48,142 bases of DNA, taken from contig JAKPZB010000078.1 of assembly GCA_029560215.1 (NCBI GenBank), positions 1 through 48,142 on the forward strand, written 5' to 3'. Numbering within the stretch: the stretch's first letter is position 1; each line of letters begins with the position of its first letter. This document shows, one piece after another, positions 7,806-16,973 of the stretch. This DNA is from Methanobacteriota archaeon. GTDB taxonomy: Archaea; Thermoplasmatota; Thermoplasmata; Methanomassiliicoccales; UBA472. Under the pieces are notes generated by a model. The model was not told the origin of the DNA. It was given only the letters and a program-made list of their open reading frames with translations, and did not search any database. The position numbers were made by a program, and so were the translations under genes.

Positions 7806-9428
7806 TCAGACCTCGCAGACGTCGGACTCGTCGCCTTCCAGGTCATCCTGGGTCATGCCCTTCAGGACCTCCTGGGGGGTTCCCAGCGCCACCATCTTGC
7901 CGCTCTTCATGAGCGCCACCCGGTCGCAGCAGGCCATTATGAAATCCATGTCATGACTGACGATGAGGAAGGTCTCGTTGAGCTCCTTGCGAGCGTGCAG
8001 TACTGACTTCGCCACGGCCTGACGGGTGATGGGGTCCATGGTGCCGGTCGGTTCGTCGAGAACCACGAAGCGCGGCTCGATGATCATGGTCCTGGCCAAC
8101 ACTATGCGTTGCTTCTCGCCCACGCTCAAGGCGTCCGGGTAGGCGTAGAGGATGCGCTCCACCTCCTTGGCGGTGAAGCCGACCCCGCGCATGACCTGGA
8201 TGGCCTTCATCTTGGCCAGTTCCTGCGGGAGCTTCATCCCCAGGCATACGGTCAGGTTCTGAAGGACGGTGTTGAACGGATAGAGCGCGTTCTCCTGGTG
8301 CATGATACCGATGTACTGGGTGGCGCGGCCTCTGCCCTCCTCTCCCAGATCGGACATGTTCACCCAGTCGTCGCCGATGCGGACAAGAACATCGCCATGT
8401 GTGGCCGGGGTGATGCCGGATATCATCCGGGATAGCGTGGTCTTGCCCGCCCCGCTCAGCCCGATCAGCCCGAATATCTCTTTTTCGTTGACATCGAAGG
8501 TGACGTCGTCCACCGCCTTCACCACGCCGCGGACGATGGAATAGAAGTATTTCTTGGCGCCTTCCACGCGGATGACCGGCTGTCCGACCTGGACGTCCAT
8601 GTCCTTGTCCCTGACGAAAGTGACGTTGAAGGCCTTGGTGACCTCGTGGGGGGCGCCCTCGGCCTTGATCATCCCGTCCTCCAACCAGATGGCCCTCTGG
8701 GAAAGAAGCTCGATGGCCTTGGGCCAGTGGGAGGTGACCACCATGGCCATGCCCGTGTCATTGACCGCTTTGATGAGCGCCTTGTGAACGGTATCCGCGG
8801 TCTCCGGGTCCAGGGTCCCGGTCGGTTCGTCGGCCAGGAACAGCAACGGCTCGCGGGCCAGCTGCCTGGCCAGCACGGTCCTCTGCTTCTCCCCTCCGGA
8901 GAGGTCGCGAGCGATGTGCATGGTGCGGTAGGTCATGTTGACCATCTCCAGCAACTTGATGGCCCGCTCCACCTTCTTCTCGTCGGAATTCTCCCTCATG
9001 GACTCGAAGACGTTCTCGATGACGCTGAGATCGCCGTACAGCGCGAAGGTCCTCTGGAGCATGATGGCTATGCGCCCGCGCATGGCCATCCTAAGGGGGT
9101 TCCGTTCATCCAGGGCCCAGAAGTCGATCTCCACGGTCTTGGTGCCCTTCCCGCACTGCGAGCACTTGGCCCCGGGCGACGGCATGTCTATCCAGCCGCA
9201 GGATTCGCAATGATTTACCCGATAGATGATGCGCCCGGAGTCGGGTTTGTACTCCTTGTTGCCGCGCATGGCATTGATGAGGACGGACTTGCCGCTCCCG
9301 CTCCTGCCGATGAGCCCGAGAACCTCGCCGGTGCGGACGGTGGTGCTGATGTCCTTGAGCACCTGGTGACCATTGAAGCTCTTGGATACCTTGTCCAATA
9401 TGACGAGAACCTCTGAACCCTCGGGCAT
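7806..9428 (-). CDS. atwA: MCR system component A2 (double ABC ATPase)
   Basis: Two ABC cassettes (Walker A GRSGSGKS and GLSGAGKT; signatures LSGGEKQ and LSVGEKQ) and a CxxC...CxxC insert (CESCGW...CSQCG). About 540 aa, adjacent to mcrC. ATG at 9428 preferred over TTG at 9440. Confidence 0.9.
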   Translation of the reverse strand: MPEGSEVLVILDKVSKSFNGHQVLKDISTTVRTGEVLGLIGRSGSGKSVLINAMRGNKEYKPDSGRIIYRVNHCESCGWIDMPSPGAKCSQCGKGTKTVEIDFWALDERNPLRMAMRGRIAIMLQRTFALYGDLSVIENVFESMRENSDEKKVERAIKLLEMVNMTYRTMHIARDLSGGEKQRTVLARQLAREPLLFLADEPTGTLDPETADTVHKALIKAVNDTGMAMVVTSHWPKAIELLSQRAIWLEDGMIKAEGAPHEVTKAFNVTFVRDKDMDVQVGQPVIRVEGAKKYFYSIVRGVVKAVDDVTFDVNEKEIFGLIGLSGAGKTTLSRMISGITPATHGDVLVRIGDDWVNMSDLGEEGRGRATQYIGIMHQENALYPFNTVLQNLTVCLGMKLPQELAKMKAIQVMRGVGFTAKEVERILYAYPDALSVGEKQRIVLARTMIIEPRFVVLDEPTGTMDPITRQAVAKSVLHARKELNETFLIVSHDMDFIMACCDRVALMKSGKMVALGTPQEVLKGMTQDDLEGDESDVCEV

Positions 9429-9516
9429 CCTGTTTGCCAACGATTATGGCAGATATAATACTTACCCTGTTTAGAATGCCTGGCTTTAACAATTGGATGG
9501 TGTAAGATATTTATGG

Positions 9517-9533
9517 ATGGATTATATATCCAT
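9517..9533. promoter_or_regulatory. Palindromic operator candidate ATGGAT-TATAT-ATCCAT in the atwA / wHTH-gene divergent intergenic region
   Basis: Sequence ATGGATGGATTATATATCCATCC at 9513-9535. The same 6-N5-6 palindrome is present at 18414-18434 and 39705-39752. Confidence 0.6.
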
Positions 9534-9539
9534 CCCACA

Positions 9540-10502
9540 ATGCCAATGTCCTTCAATTCCTACTTTGCCGGGGGCCCCACGCCAAAGTTCAACGCCTATC
9601 ACATTTGGAAGGCGCATCAGGTGGTGGCCAAGGAAGGCCCCATCGGCCGGAAGGCCTTGGCCGACCTTCTGCAGATCGGTGAAGGCAGCACCCGGACCAT
9701 CCTAGACAAGATGATGCGGGAGGGCTCCATAGAGAGCTCGCGCCTTGGCATAACCATAACCGAGCGCGGCAAGAGGAAGCTGGACAACTCCGGCGTTGAG
9801 GTCAGGCAGATCGACCTGTCCGATCTTACGCTGGGAAAGTACAACTGCGCCGTGCTCATCAAGGGCGCGGCGGAACGGGTGAACCTGGGCTGCGAGCAGC
9901 GGGACGAGGCGGTGCGGGCGGGAGCGATCGGGGCGACCACCCTGGTGGTCCACAATTCTCGGATCGTGTTCCCGGGGGACGAGGAGTTCCCGGACCAATC
10001 GCTGGTGGCCCCTTTGAGGAACTATTTCCGCATGGACGACGGCGACGTGATCATCATCGGCTCCGCCTTCAGCTATGAAGCGGCGGAGAAGGGCGCGGTG
10101 ACCGCCGCCCTTTCGCTCGGGAACCTTTCCCGCCGATGCTGGAACGAGGGCACGAACATCTTGAGCCAGGATACCGAGGCGGACGATCTCCGGTGCCTGG
10201 CCCTGGCCATTCACGAGCTTCTCGGCCGCCTACCGGTCACCATGCGCTCCAAGAACCACCCGGGCGTCCGATGCGAGGATGGCGAGGTCATCGACATTCA
10301 TTTCACCGGGCCCATGTTGGAGGAGTCCATGAAGAAGGGCATGGTCATACGCCGGACATCCACCAGCGGTCCGTACCGCGGATTGCCCATCATCGCCGTC
10401 CCCATCATGCGCAAGAAGGAGGCCATAGCCTCCATCGCCACCATGGACCTGGGGAAGGCCACGCCGTCGGAGCTGCTGAGCCGGTTGGCCGAGCGGTCCT
10501 AG
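9540..10502 (+). CDS. Winged-helix (wHTH) protein with a large C-terminal domain of unknown function; putative transcription regulator
   Basis: N-terminal GPIGRKALADLLQIGEGSTRTILDKMMREG looks like a wHTH recognition unit. My tentative recollection is DUF4443-type N-terminal and DUF2111-type C-terminal regions (unverified). Start moved to ATG 9540 because ATG 9513 lies inside the palindrome. Confidence 0.55.
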   Translation: MPMSFNSYFAGGPTPKFNAYHIWKAHQVVAKEGPIGRKALADLLQIGEGSTRTILDKMMREGSIESSRLGITITERGKRKLDNSGVEVRQIDLSDLTLGKYNCAVLIKGAAERVNLGCEQRDEAVRAGAIGATTLVVHNSRIVFPGDEEFPDQSLVAPLRNYFRMDDGDVIIIGSAFSYEAAEKGAVTAALSLGNLSRRCWNEGTNILSQDTEADDLRCLALAIHELLGRLPVTMRSKNHPGVRCEDGEVIDIHFTGPMLEESMKKGMVIRRTSTSGPYRGLPIIAVPIMRKKEAIASIATMDLGKATPSELLSRLAERS

Positions 10503-12331
10503 AAGTAGTACCAGATGCTGCGGTACCGCTCCGGGTCCTCGCCCCTCTCGGCCAGGGCGGCCAGGAAGTCCGCGATGGGAACGTCGCGGTGCACGTAGGT
10601 GGGGGCCACGGCGATGTTCTTCTCCCAGGGATGAAACTCATAGACCCTTTCGCCCCGGGGGGTCAGTGATATCAGGTCGTGATGCTGCCAGGCGCGCAAG
10701 TGGTTCTTTCCCAGGGCGGGAATGTTGAAGACCGGTTCGTCGGTCCGGCTGAGCCCGGGAAGCAGCCTGGCCTCTTCCTTCCGTTCCTGCAGCAGCCGGG
10801 CGATGGGCACCCGGTACTCGGCCGTCTCCTCCTTACCCTTGGCGTTGAAGGTGTAGTATGGGTCGATCCCGATCTCCTTCAGCGTCGAGCGCAGCGCCAC
10901 CGTCTCGAAGCGCCGGCAGTTCTCCATGGTGAAGACCTGCTGGTTGTACACGGATATGCCCAGTCGGCGCAGGTCGCGGACCGCGGCGGCCGCTTCCGGG
11001 GTGATCTCGTAAGGATGTTCGAAATGGGTGACCAGGGCCAATTCTCGCTTCGGGGGGTCCTGTACCTCCGCCAACCCCTCCAGGAAGCCGTGGTCGATCC
11101 TCATCGGCAGCACCGCCGGCACCCTGGTCCCCAGCCGCAGCCGTTTGATATGGGGAATGGCCGCCAGCCTTTTGAGGAGGCGACGTAACTGAGTGTTCGC
11201 CAGCATGGCGGGGTCCCCTCCGGTGATGAGCACCTCGCTGACCGCCGGATGCTCCTCGAACCACCGCAGCGCCGCCTCGATCTTCTCGGGAGGGGCCATG
11301 GCGTCCTCGGACAGGACGCCTTCGATCTCCCAGTTCCTCTGGCAGTAAACGCAGATCTGGGCGCAGGTGTTGTAAGGTTTGAATATGGCTATCATGGGAT
11401 AGCGCCTGGTAACCAGGTCCACTGGCGAGGTCTGGCCTTCCATCATGAAGTCCAGGCTGGCCGAGGGGTCCGACCTGGACCTGAGGACCGCTCGCACATA
11501 GCTCAGCGGGGGAATGACCTGGGCGCGCACGGCGTGGTCCCATTTCCGCGAGGGCTCCCGGTCCATGAGCGAGAGGTAGTACGGGGTGATGCCGAAGGGG
11601 ATGCGGTTCTCGGAACAGAGGGTTATCGCCTGGCGCTCCTTGTCGGTGAGCTCGATCAGGTCGCCGATCACGTCCGGGGTCAGCATGACATTCCTCATCT
11701 GCCACACATAATCGTTCCAGTCGTCCATGTCGGCGCCCAGGTATTCCGTTATCCGGTTGCGGTTCTCGCGCCGCCTTTGGATCGCCCAAGGTTCCAGTCC
11801 GCTGGGATACCTGACCGTCCATTCGGCCACCGCCCCCGCCATTCCGTCCAGGTAATCCGAGCGCACGCGTCCCCCTTCCTGACCGCCGAGCGCGGTGAAG
11901 TCCGGAGCCTCCTGAAGCTCCAGCACCGGTTCTCCGGTGGTGCCCCTCATGATGTGGATGATGTCCTGTACGAAGGCTTGGCTCGCGCCCTCAAGGGAAC
12001 CCTGGGAGATGTCGAATAGAACCTGGAGAACGGATTCGCCGCTCACTCTCTCGTTTCGGGGAGACAGGAAGTTGCGCATCACCCGGATGCAATGCAGGGA
12101 GTTGGACCGTTCCAGGGCGTGGATGCGGCAATCCCTGGAATGCAACGCGGATTCCCTTTCCCTTAGCAGATCGAACACCGCGGCACGGGCAGACCTTAGG
12201 TCCTCGGCGGGACCCAGCGCGTCATGCAGCTGGGGATCGGTCGCCCATAACACGGTCTGTCCGATATCCTTGTTCTCGCTCCCGCCCTCGGCGGAAGCTT
12301 TCGCTGGGGTTCTCGTGTTGCGCATGACCAT
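10499..12331 (-). CDS. KamA-family (lysine 2,3-aminomutase-like) radical SAM protein with an N-terminal extension of about 200 aa
   Basis: CAQICVYCQRNW (CX3CX2C), flanking ITGGDP and the PYYTFNAKGKEE region typical of KamA-like enzymes. 610 aa versus the roughly 400-450 aa I recall for the family. Confidence 0.7.
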   Translation of the reverse strand: MVMRNTRTPAKASAEGGSENKDIGQTVLWATDPQLHDALGPAEDLRSARAAVFDLLRERESALHSRDCRIHALERSNSLHCIRVMRNFLSPRNERVSGESVLQVLFDISQGSLEGASQAFVQDIIHIMRGTTGEPVLELQEAPDFTALGGQEGGRVRSDYLDGMAGAVAEWTVRYPSGLEPWAIQRRRENRNRITEYLGADMDDWNDYVWQMRNVMLTPDVIGDLIELTDKERQAITLCSENRIPFGITPYYLSLMDREPSRKWDHAVRAQVIPPLSYVRAVLRSRSDPSASLDFMMEGQTSPVDLVTRRYPMIAIFKPYNTCAQICVYCQRNWEIEGVLSEDAMAPPEKIEAALRWFEEHPAVSEVLITGGDPAMLANTQLRRLLKRLAAIPHIKRLRLGTRVPAVLPMRIDHGFLEGLAEVQDPPKRELALVTHFEHPYEITPEAAAAVRDLRRLGISVYNQQVFTMENCRRFETVALRSTLKEIGIDPYYTFNAKGKEETAEYRVPIARLLQERKEEARLLPGLSRTDEPVFNIPALGKNHLRAWQHHDLISLTPRGERVYEFHPWEKNIAVAPTYVHRDVPIADFLAALAERGEDPERYRSIWYYF

Positions 12332-12448
12332 ACCTCGCCGCCCTAACCGAACCGAAAAAGTGACCGTCCCGCAGCGCGACGTTCATTATTAGAGGCTCAT
12401 CTTACTTATCATTTCCCCCGCCGACGGGGCATACGATTATCTGGACCC

Positions 12449-12808
12449 ATGCCGATGCGGGGGGGAATGCCCGAAGAAACGGAACTCCCGCTCCAGGCCA
12501 CGGTCAAGGTCGACCCTGGCGTCTGCCGGCTTCACAGCACCATCCAGGCCCGCACCGACGGGATGCTGGTGGAGTTCGAGGTCCTGCACAGCGACTGCCC
12601 GCAGGTGAGCGACCTTAAGAAGGTCCTGAAGCGGGTGGAGATCTGGGACGTCATGAAGATGCCTTACTCCGAGAACGCCGTCTATCAGATGTGCGGAGAG
12701 GTGCTCAGGCACTCCTCCTGCCCGGTGCCCATGGCCATGATCAAATGCGCCGAGGCCGCGGCGGAACTGGCGCTCAAGAGGACGGTGACCGTGGAGTTCG
12801 TTCCCTGA
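12449..12808 (+). CDS. Small Cys-containing protein, function unknown
   Basis: 119-aa ORF with ordinary coding composition. Cys residues at CRLH, SDCP, QMCG, SSCP and IKCAE. Convergent with, and abutting, the AhpD-like gene. Confidence 0.4.
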   Translation: MPMRGGMPEETELPLQATVKVDPGVCRLHSTIQARTDGMLVEFEVLHSDCPQVSDLKKVLKRVEIWDVMKMPYSENAVYQMCGEVLRHSSCPVPMAMIKCAEAAAELALKRTVTVEFVP

Positions 12809-13102
12809 TCATTCAGACAGCAGCTTGTCGATGGAGGGCATGCCGACCGCCGCGCTCGGTCCGGCCAGGTACATGGCCACGAACAGGGATTCCCGGATCT
12901 CGTCCTTGGTCGCCCCGGCCTCCATGGCCTTCTTGGCGTGCAACTTGAAGCATTCGTCGCATTTGAGCACGGCGGTGACGGCGATCGCGATGAGCTCCTT
13001 CTCCTTGAAGCTCAGCTTGTTGTCCTTGAAGACCTCGTTCTTGAAGCGATACATGGCGCGAATGACTTCGGGCTGCTGCTCGGCCATCTGTTCCAGGCTC
13101 AT
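12809..13102 (-). CDS. Carboxymuconolactone decarboxylase / AhpD-like family protein
   Basis: 97 aa. KEKELIAIAVTAVLKCDECFKLHAKKAMEAGATKDEI contains the CxxC and helix pattern of the CMD/AhpD family. Confidence 0.7.
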   Translation of the reverse strand: MSLEQMAEQQPEVIRAMYRFKNEVFKDNKLSFKEKELIAIAVTAVLKCDECFKLHAKKAMEAGATKDEIRESLFVAMYLAGPSAAVGMPSIDKLLSE

Positions 13103-13181
13103 GGACCTTGAATCGCCTAGCAGGGATATTAACGATTGCGGAGAAACAACCTTTTTCTAACCACAGGGCATTAGGGTCGGC

Positions 13182-13724
13182 GTGCAACCAGAGGAGAGAG
13201 CGGTCGAGATCATCAAAGGCATGACCGGCACCCGGCTGGCCTTCCTGCTCAGCCCGGAGGTCATCGCGGCTGTCCAGAGGATCGAGGACAGCATCAAGTC
13301 CCAGATAGGCCTGGACGTGGTGAACGAGGGGGTCAACCAGTGCCTCCGCAGGCAGCATGTCATCTGCGTGATCAAGGACACCCGATTCCGCCCTCCGCCC
13401 GAACCGACCGTCCTCATGATGGGCGACACGGACCTGGTCATCGGGACCGAGATCCTTCCCGGAGAGCATTCCCGATACAAGGAGATGGACAACATCTGCT
13501 GGCTGGGCGACGACTTCGTGGTCTTCACGGACAAGGTGCCCAAGTCCAAGGAGTTCTTCCTGATGCCCCCGGTATCGTTCCCGGAGCTGGAACAGGTCCC
13601 CGGAGCCACGAACATAGTGTCCTGCAGCCCTTCCCCGCTGGGGGACATGATCATCAAGAACTACTACGAGCTTGAGGACAACCCGAAGCTGGCCAGCATA
13701 TTGGTCGGCTTCGACCTGTCCTGA
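13182..13724 (+). CDS. Protein I cannot place in a family; paralog of 6599..7201
   Basis: See 6599..7201 for the alignment. Convergent with the end of the mcr operon. GTG start at 13182 or ATG at 13221. Confidence 0.6.
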   Translation: MQPEERAVEIIKGMTGTRLAFLLSPEVIAAVQRIEDSIKSQIGLDVVNEGVNQCLRRQHVICVIKDTRFRPPPEPTVLMMGDTDLVIGTEILPGEHSRYKEMDNICWLGDDFVVFTDKVPKSKEFFLMPPVSFPELEQVPGATNIVSCSPSPLGDMIIKNYYELEDNPKLASILVGFDLS

Positions 13725-13725
13725 T

Positions 13726-13790
13726 CTTTTTCCTTTTTACATTCGACCGCGGAAGGACGGTCGTCCACACATTTTTTTAAAAAAAGAGAG
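13726..13790. terminator. Bidirectional terminator between the mcr operon tail and 13182..13724
   Basis: T-runs (TCTTTTTCCTTTTT), hairpin CGACCG-N8-CGGTCG (13744-13763), then TTTTTTTAAAAAAA, which reads as a T7 run on both strands. Confidence 0.6.
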
Positions 13791-13819
13791 AAAAGGTAAA
13801 GGGTTTGTTCTTGGCGAAC

Positions 13820-14089
13820 TCAACCGCCCCCGCTCGGGGTGATGGTCGAGATGTCGGCCTCCACGTCCTTGGAGAGACCTTGCATCTGGCCCAGCACCAC
13901 CGTCCGGGTCCGCTCCTTGTAGGAGGTCCGCTTGTACTCGTCCGCCGAAGCGGGGTCCAGGAGACTGGTGACGTACCAGAGGCTGTAGGTGTCGAGCAGA
14001 GCCCATTCCATCCCGTCGCGCTCTCGCACTTCCAGTATCTTTCCCACCGTCCCGGTGACCCTGTACTTCGCGATATCTCCTACTTGCAT
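13820..14089 (-). CDS. Small conserved-looking protein (89 aa) downstream of mcrA, function unknown
   Basis: Starts 8 nt after the mcrA stop on the same strand and lies before the bidirectional terminator. The sequence MQVGDIAKYRVTGTVGKILEV...WALLD...LWYV suggests a small beta-barrel. Confidence 0.5.
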   Translation of the reverse strand: MQVGDIAKYRVTGTVGKILEVRERDGMEWALLDTYSLWYVTSLLDPASADEYKRTSYKERTRTVVLGQMQGLSKDVEADISTITPSGGG

Positions 14090-14097
14090 TGGACACC

Positions 14098-15762
14098 TTA
14101 CTTGGCGGGGATGATGGCGGTCCTCTCACCCATGGGCACGAACTCCCTGAGGCAGCCGCGACCGAACTCCTTGGTAATGTTCGCGAAGTCGAACGGGAGG
14201 TTCTTGTCGGCGAATGCGATCTTGATCAGGGGGCTGCACACGTAGGCGTCTCCGCGAGCCGCGTGGGGAGCCATGGCGATACCGGCGTATCCGCTCAGGT
14301 GACCCACGTTCATGGCGTAGTTCGGGAAGTTCGGACCGCGCAGCTCGTGCGGCAGACCCTCGTCGCTCCGGTAGGAGAACGAGTTGGACGCACCGCACAT
14401 GTCCTGCAGGTCGTATCCGTAGAACCCGAGCCTTCCGAGCCTCTCACGGTGCTGGTACATGGATAGGTACCAGGCATTGACACCCGCGTTGGCGTTACCA
14501 GTGGCCATGGCCACACCGATGCCGGTGGCGGCCGCAGCGACGGTCGCCCTCTGGGACCCACCGAAGTGGGCTTCCATGGCGGCCGGGTAGCGCTCGTACA
14601 TCTCCAGGGCGTAGGAGTTGATCTCGGACCCGAGCTTCTCGATCAGCTCAGTGGAGGGCTTGCTCTTGCAGAACCCGCCGTACTTGTCCTTGATGTGGTC
14701 CACGGCCCAGTAGGTGTAGTCCTCCAGGATGTCGTCGGTGTAGGCGGCGGTGGCGTACTGAGTGAACCCGACACCTCCGGACATGTAGGATCCGAGGTAT
14801 ATCTGGTCGAACACCACTGCACCCAAAGCGACAGTTTCCAGGGAGGCCCTGGCGGGGTCGTCCGGCTTGGTCCTGGTGCTCTGGACCATATCGGCCAGCA
14901 CACCGAACGGAATTCCACCGGGCTCGTTGGGGCCCCTGGCCCTCCTGGCGGGCATCATGGTACCCATCTCCACCACTGCGGCGTGCTTGGCGGCGAAGGC
15001 GAAGTCGGCGATCGCGGCTTCACCGGCGGCCAGCCGGTACGCGGTGATGAAGGCCATGGAGATCTGCATCGCAGAGTGCCTGGAGATCGTACCACCGTCG
15101 CACACGCGTCCGACGATGGACGGAACACGGACGACCTGCCACAGCTTCTTGCCGACAGCGGCCTTCAGCTGCTTGGCCTGGTCCGCGGGGAACTCCTTGT
15201 TGATGTCAATGACGAAGCACTTGTCGATCTCGTCGATCAGCTCGTCGTCGCCAGAGAACACCTTGACGTAGGAGTCCTTCACGATCTCAGGGCAAAGCTC
15301 GGCCATGTGCTCCTGAACCACTGCGCCGCCTGGCATGGTGTGGTTGACAGCTTCCAGGTAGCGGTTGATGGTCTCGGGGGTGACCTCCTTCGACAGCCTC
15401 TTCTCGATAACGTTGTGCGCGACATCCAGACCGACGATGACGGTCCTGCGGATATCATCCCAGGCCTGCTGCATCGCAGCGTTGTTGACCCAGTGCAGGT
15501 CATCGGCCTCGCCATAGATGTCCGTGTGGGACAGCTGGTAGGGCATCAAGACACGCTGGCCGAGAGCCACACCAATATCCTGGTTCATCATGGGGATCCC
15601 ACGGGCCTTGGCAATCTTGTTGGACTGCTCAACCCACTCCCGCTTCCTCTTCGACTGTCTCCAGCCTCCGTAGGAATAGTGCTTGGAGCGGACCTCCGTG
15701 GGGTCCTCCTTGAACTTCTTCTTCATGGCGGCGATGAACATCTTGTCCTTTTCCTTCGCCAT
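14098..15762 (-). CDS. mcrA: Methyl-coenzyme M reductase alpha subunit
   Basis: 554 aa with hallmark segments [32 protein letters not shown] and [17 protein letters not shown]. The sites corresponding to the modified His, Arg, Gln, Gly, Asp and Cys are all present. Confidence 0.98.
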   Translation of the reverse strand: MAKEKDKMFIAAMKKKFKEDPTEVRSKHYSYGGWRQSKRKREWVEQSNKIAKARGIPMMNQDIGVALGQRVLMPYQLSHTDIYGEADDLHWVNNAAMQQAWDDIRRTVIVGLDVAHNVIEKRLSKEVTPETINRYLEAVNHTMPGGAVVQEHMAELCPEIVKDSYVKVFSGDDELIDEIDKCFVIDINKEFPADQAKQLKAAVGKKLWQVVRVPSIVGRVCDGGTISRHSAMQISMAFITAYRLAAGEAAIADFAFAAKHAAVVEMGTMMPARRARGPNEPGGIPFGVLADMVQSTRTKPDDPARASLETVALGAVVFDQIYLGSYMSGGVGFTQYATAAYTDDILEDYTYWAVDHIKDKYGGFCKSKPSTELIEKLGSEINSYALEMYERYPAAMEAHFGGSQRATVAAAATGIGVAMATGNANAGVNAWYLSMYQHRERLGRLGFYGYDLQDMCGASNSFSYRSDEGLPHELRGPNFPNYAMNVGHLSGYAGIAMAPHAARGDAYVCSPLIKIAFADKNLPFDFANITKEFGRGCLREFVPMGERTAIIPAK

Positions 15763-15764
15763 AT

Positions 15765-16547
15765 TTAGTCCTCCTTAACATCGAAGGGCTTGAAGCCGCA
15801 CTTGGTCCTCAAGGTGTGGATCCTGAGGTTCTGCCTCATGACCTCCTCGTCCTCCCTCATGTCCACGCCGTCGGCGCGGAACATGGTGGTGTGCTCCTTC
15901 AACCACTTCTCGGGCATCGGCTTTCCGACCGCGACCGGCTTGTCCAGCGGGACACCGACCTGGTCCTTCACGTACTCGACCTCGCCCTTCTTCGCGTTCC
16001 ACCGGAACCTCTGCCAGGCGTCGAACATCATTCCGTTCTCGTCCAGCCTGACGGCGTGTCCGTGCACGGTCGCGCCTCTGATACCGGTTCTGGCGGTATC
16101 GAAGGTCTCGCCATCGATGAGTTCCTTGGCCACCTTTTCGACGTCCCTCTCCCTCATCTCGATGATCTGCCTTCCGGACAGGGTACCAGTGTCAATTCCC
16201 CGGTATCTGCACATGTACATCTGCGCCCTCACATACGGGACGATGGGGGCCCAGTACACGGAGTCAGTGAACTGAACGTACCTGATCCTGTCTCCCTTCT
16301 TCGCACCCTCCATGGGCTCGACCAAGGCCCGGATCGGGCAGTCGGGCTCGTTACCCTCGGCCAGCGGCGCGTGGATGGTGGCGTAGTCGGAACCGGGGAC
16401 ACGGTGTCCCAGGATCTTGACCACATCGTCCATCGGAATGTCGCGCAGCTTCTCCAGCTTGACGCTGGAGTCCATGAAGCGTCTGCGGTTCTTGGCGGGC
16501 AGGGTGTTGCCAGGATAGAGTTGTGCCTTGTACTTTGTCTTAGCCAT
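15765..16547 (-). CDS. mcrG: Methyl-coenzyme M reductase gamma subunit
   Basis: 260 aa. [21 protein letters not shown]...[19 protein letters not shown] is typical of McrG. Confidence 0.95.
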   Translation of the reverse strand: MAKTKYKAQLYPGNTLPAKNRRRFMDSSVKLEKLRDIPMDDVVKILGHRVPGSDYATIHAPLAEGNEPDCPIRALVEPMEGAKKGDRIRYVQFTDSVYWAPIVPYVRAQMYMCRYRGIDTGTLSGRQIIEMRERDVEKVAKELIDGETFDTARTGIRGATVHGHAVRLDENGMMFDAWQRFRWNAKKGEVEYVKDQVGVPLDKPVAVGKPMPEKWLKEHTTMFRADGVDMREDEEVMRQNLRIHTLRTKCGFKPFDVKED

Positions 16548-16548
16548 G

Positions 16549-16971
16549 TTATTTCACCAATCCTTTATTGTAGTCTGTAGTAGTTGGCTTGAACTTGTTG
16601 TAGCGACCTACCTCCAGAGTGAAACTGAAGGGTAGCACTTCCTTGCATACCTCCTCGATGTCCTTGAGAGCCTGGGGCACAAAGTCGATGTCGGCGATCT
16701 CGACGAAAACCCGACCGACCTGTATCTTAAGCTCTATGTCCTCCCCTCTGACCTTGATCTTCCTTCGTTCCGGATGGTTTACCGGACCGCCAGTGCCCGG
16801 ACCGGCCTTGATGACTGCGGGCAGGCCCTCGCCCTGGATGTTGATCTGCCTGACGTTCTTCACGGCGTACAGCTTGTTCAGCAGCACCTCCGTGGTGGAA
16901 GCCATCAGCAACCTCTCGGGGAATATCTGGATCTCGGGTAGGGGGACTCCCTCGAAGGCAGGCGTACTCAT
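16549..16971 (-). CDS. mcrD: MCR operon protein D
   Basis: 140 aa between mcrB and mcrG. IFPERLL...LLNKL...GEGLP...[18 protein letters not shown]...[14 protein letters not shown] matches McrD. Confidence 0.9.
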   Translation of the reverse strand: MSTPAFEGVPLPEIQIFPERLLMASTTEVLLNKLYAVKNVRQINIQGEGLPAVIKAGPGTGGPVNHPERRKIKVRGEDIELKIQVGRVFVEIADIDFVPQALKDIEEVCKEVLPFSFTLEVGRYNKFKPTTTDYNKGLVK

Positions 16972-16973
16972 GT

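Noticed and set aside
9513-9539. ATG at 9513 as the start codon of the wHTH gene.
   Set aside because: The first 21 nt would be the palindromic operator itself (ATGGATGGATTATATATCCAT). The ATG at 9540 gives a sensible N-terminus, though the longer form cannot be excluded without TSS or proteomic data.
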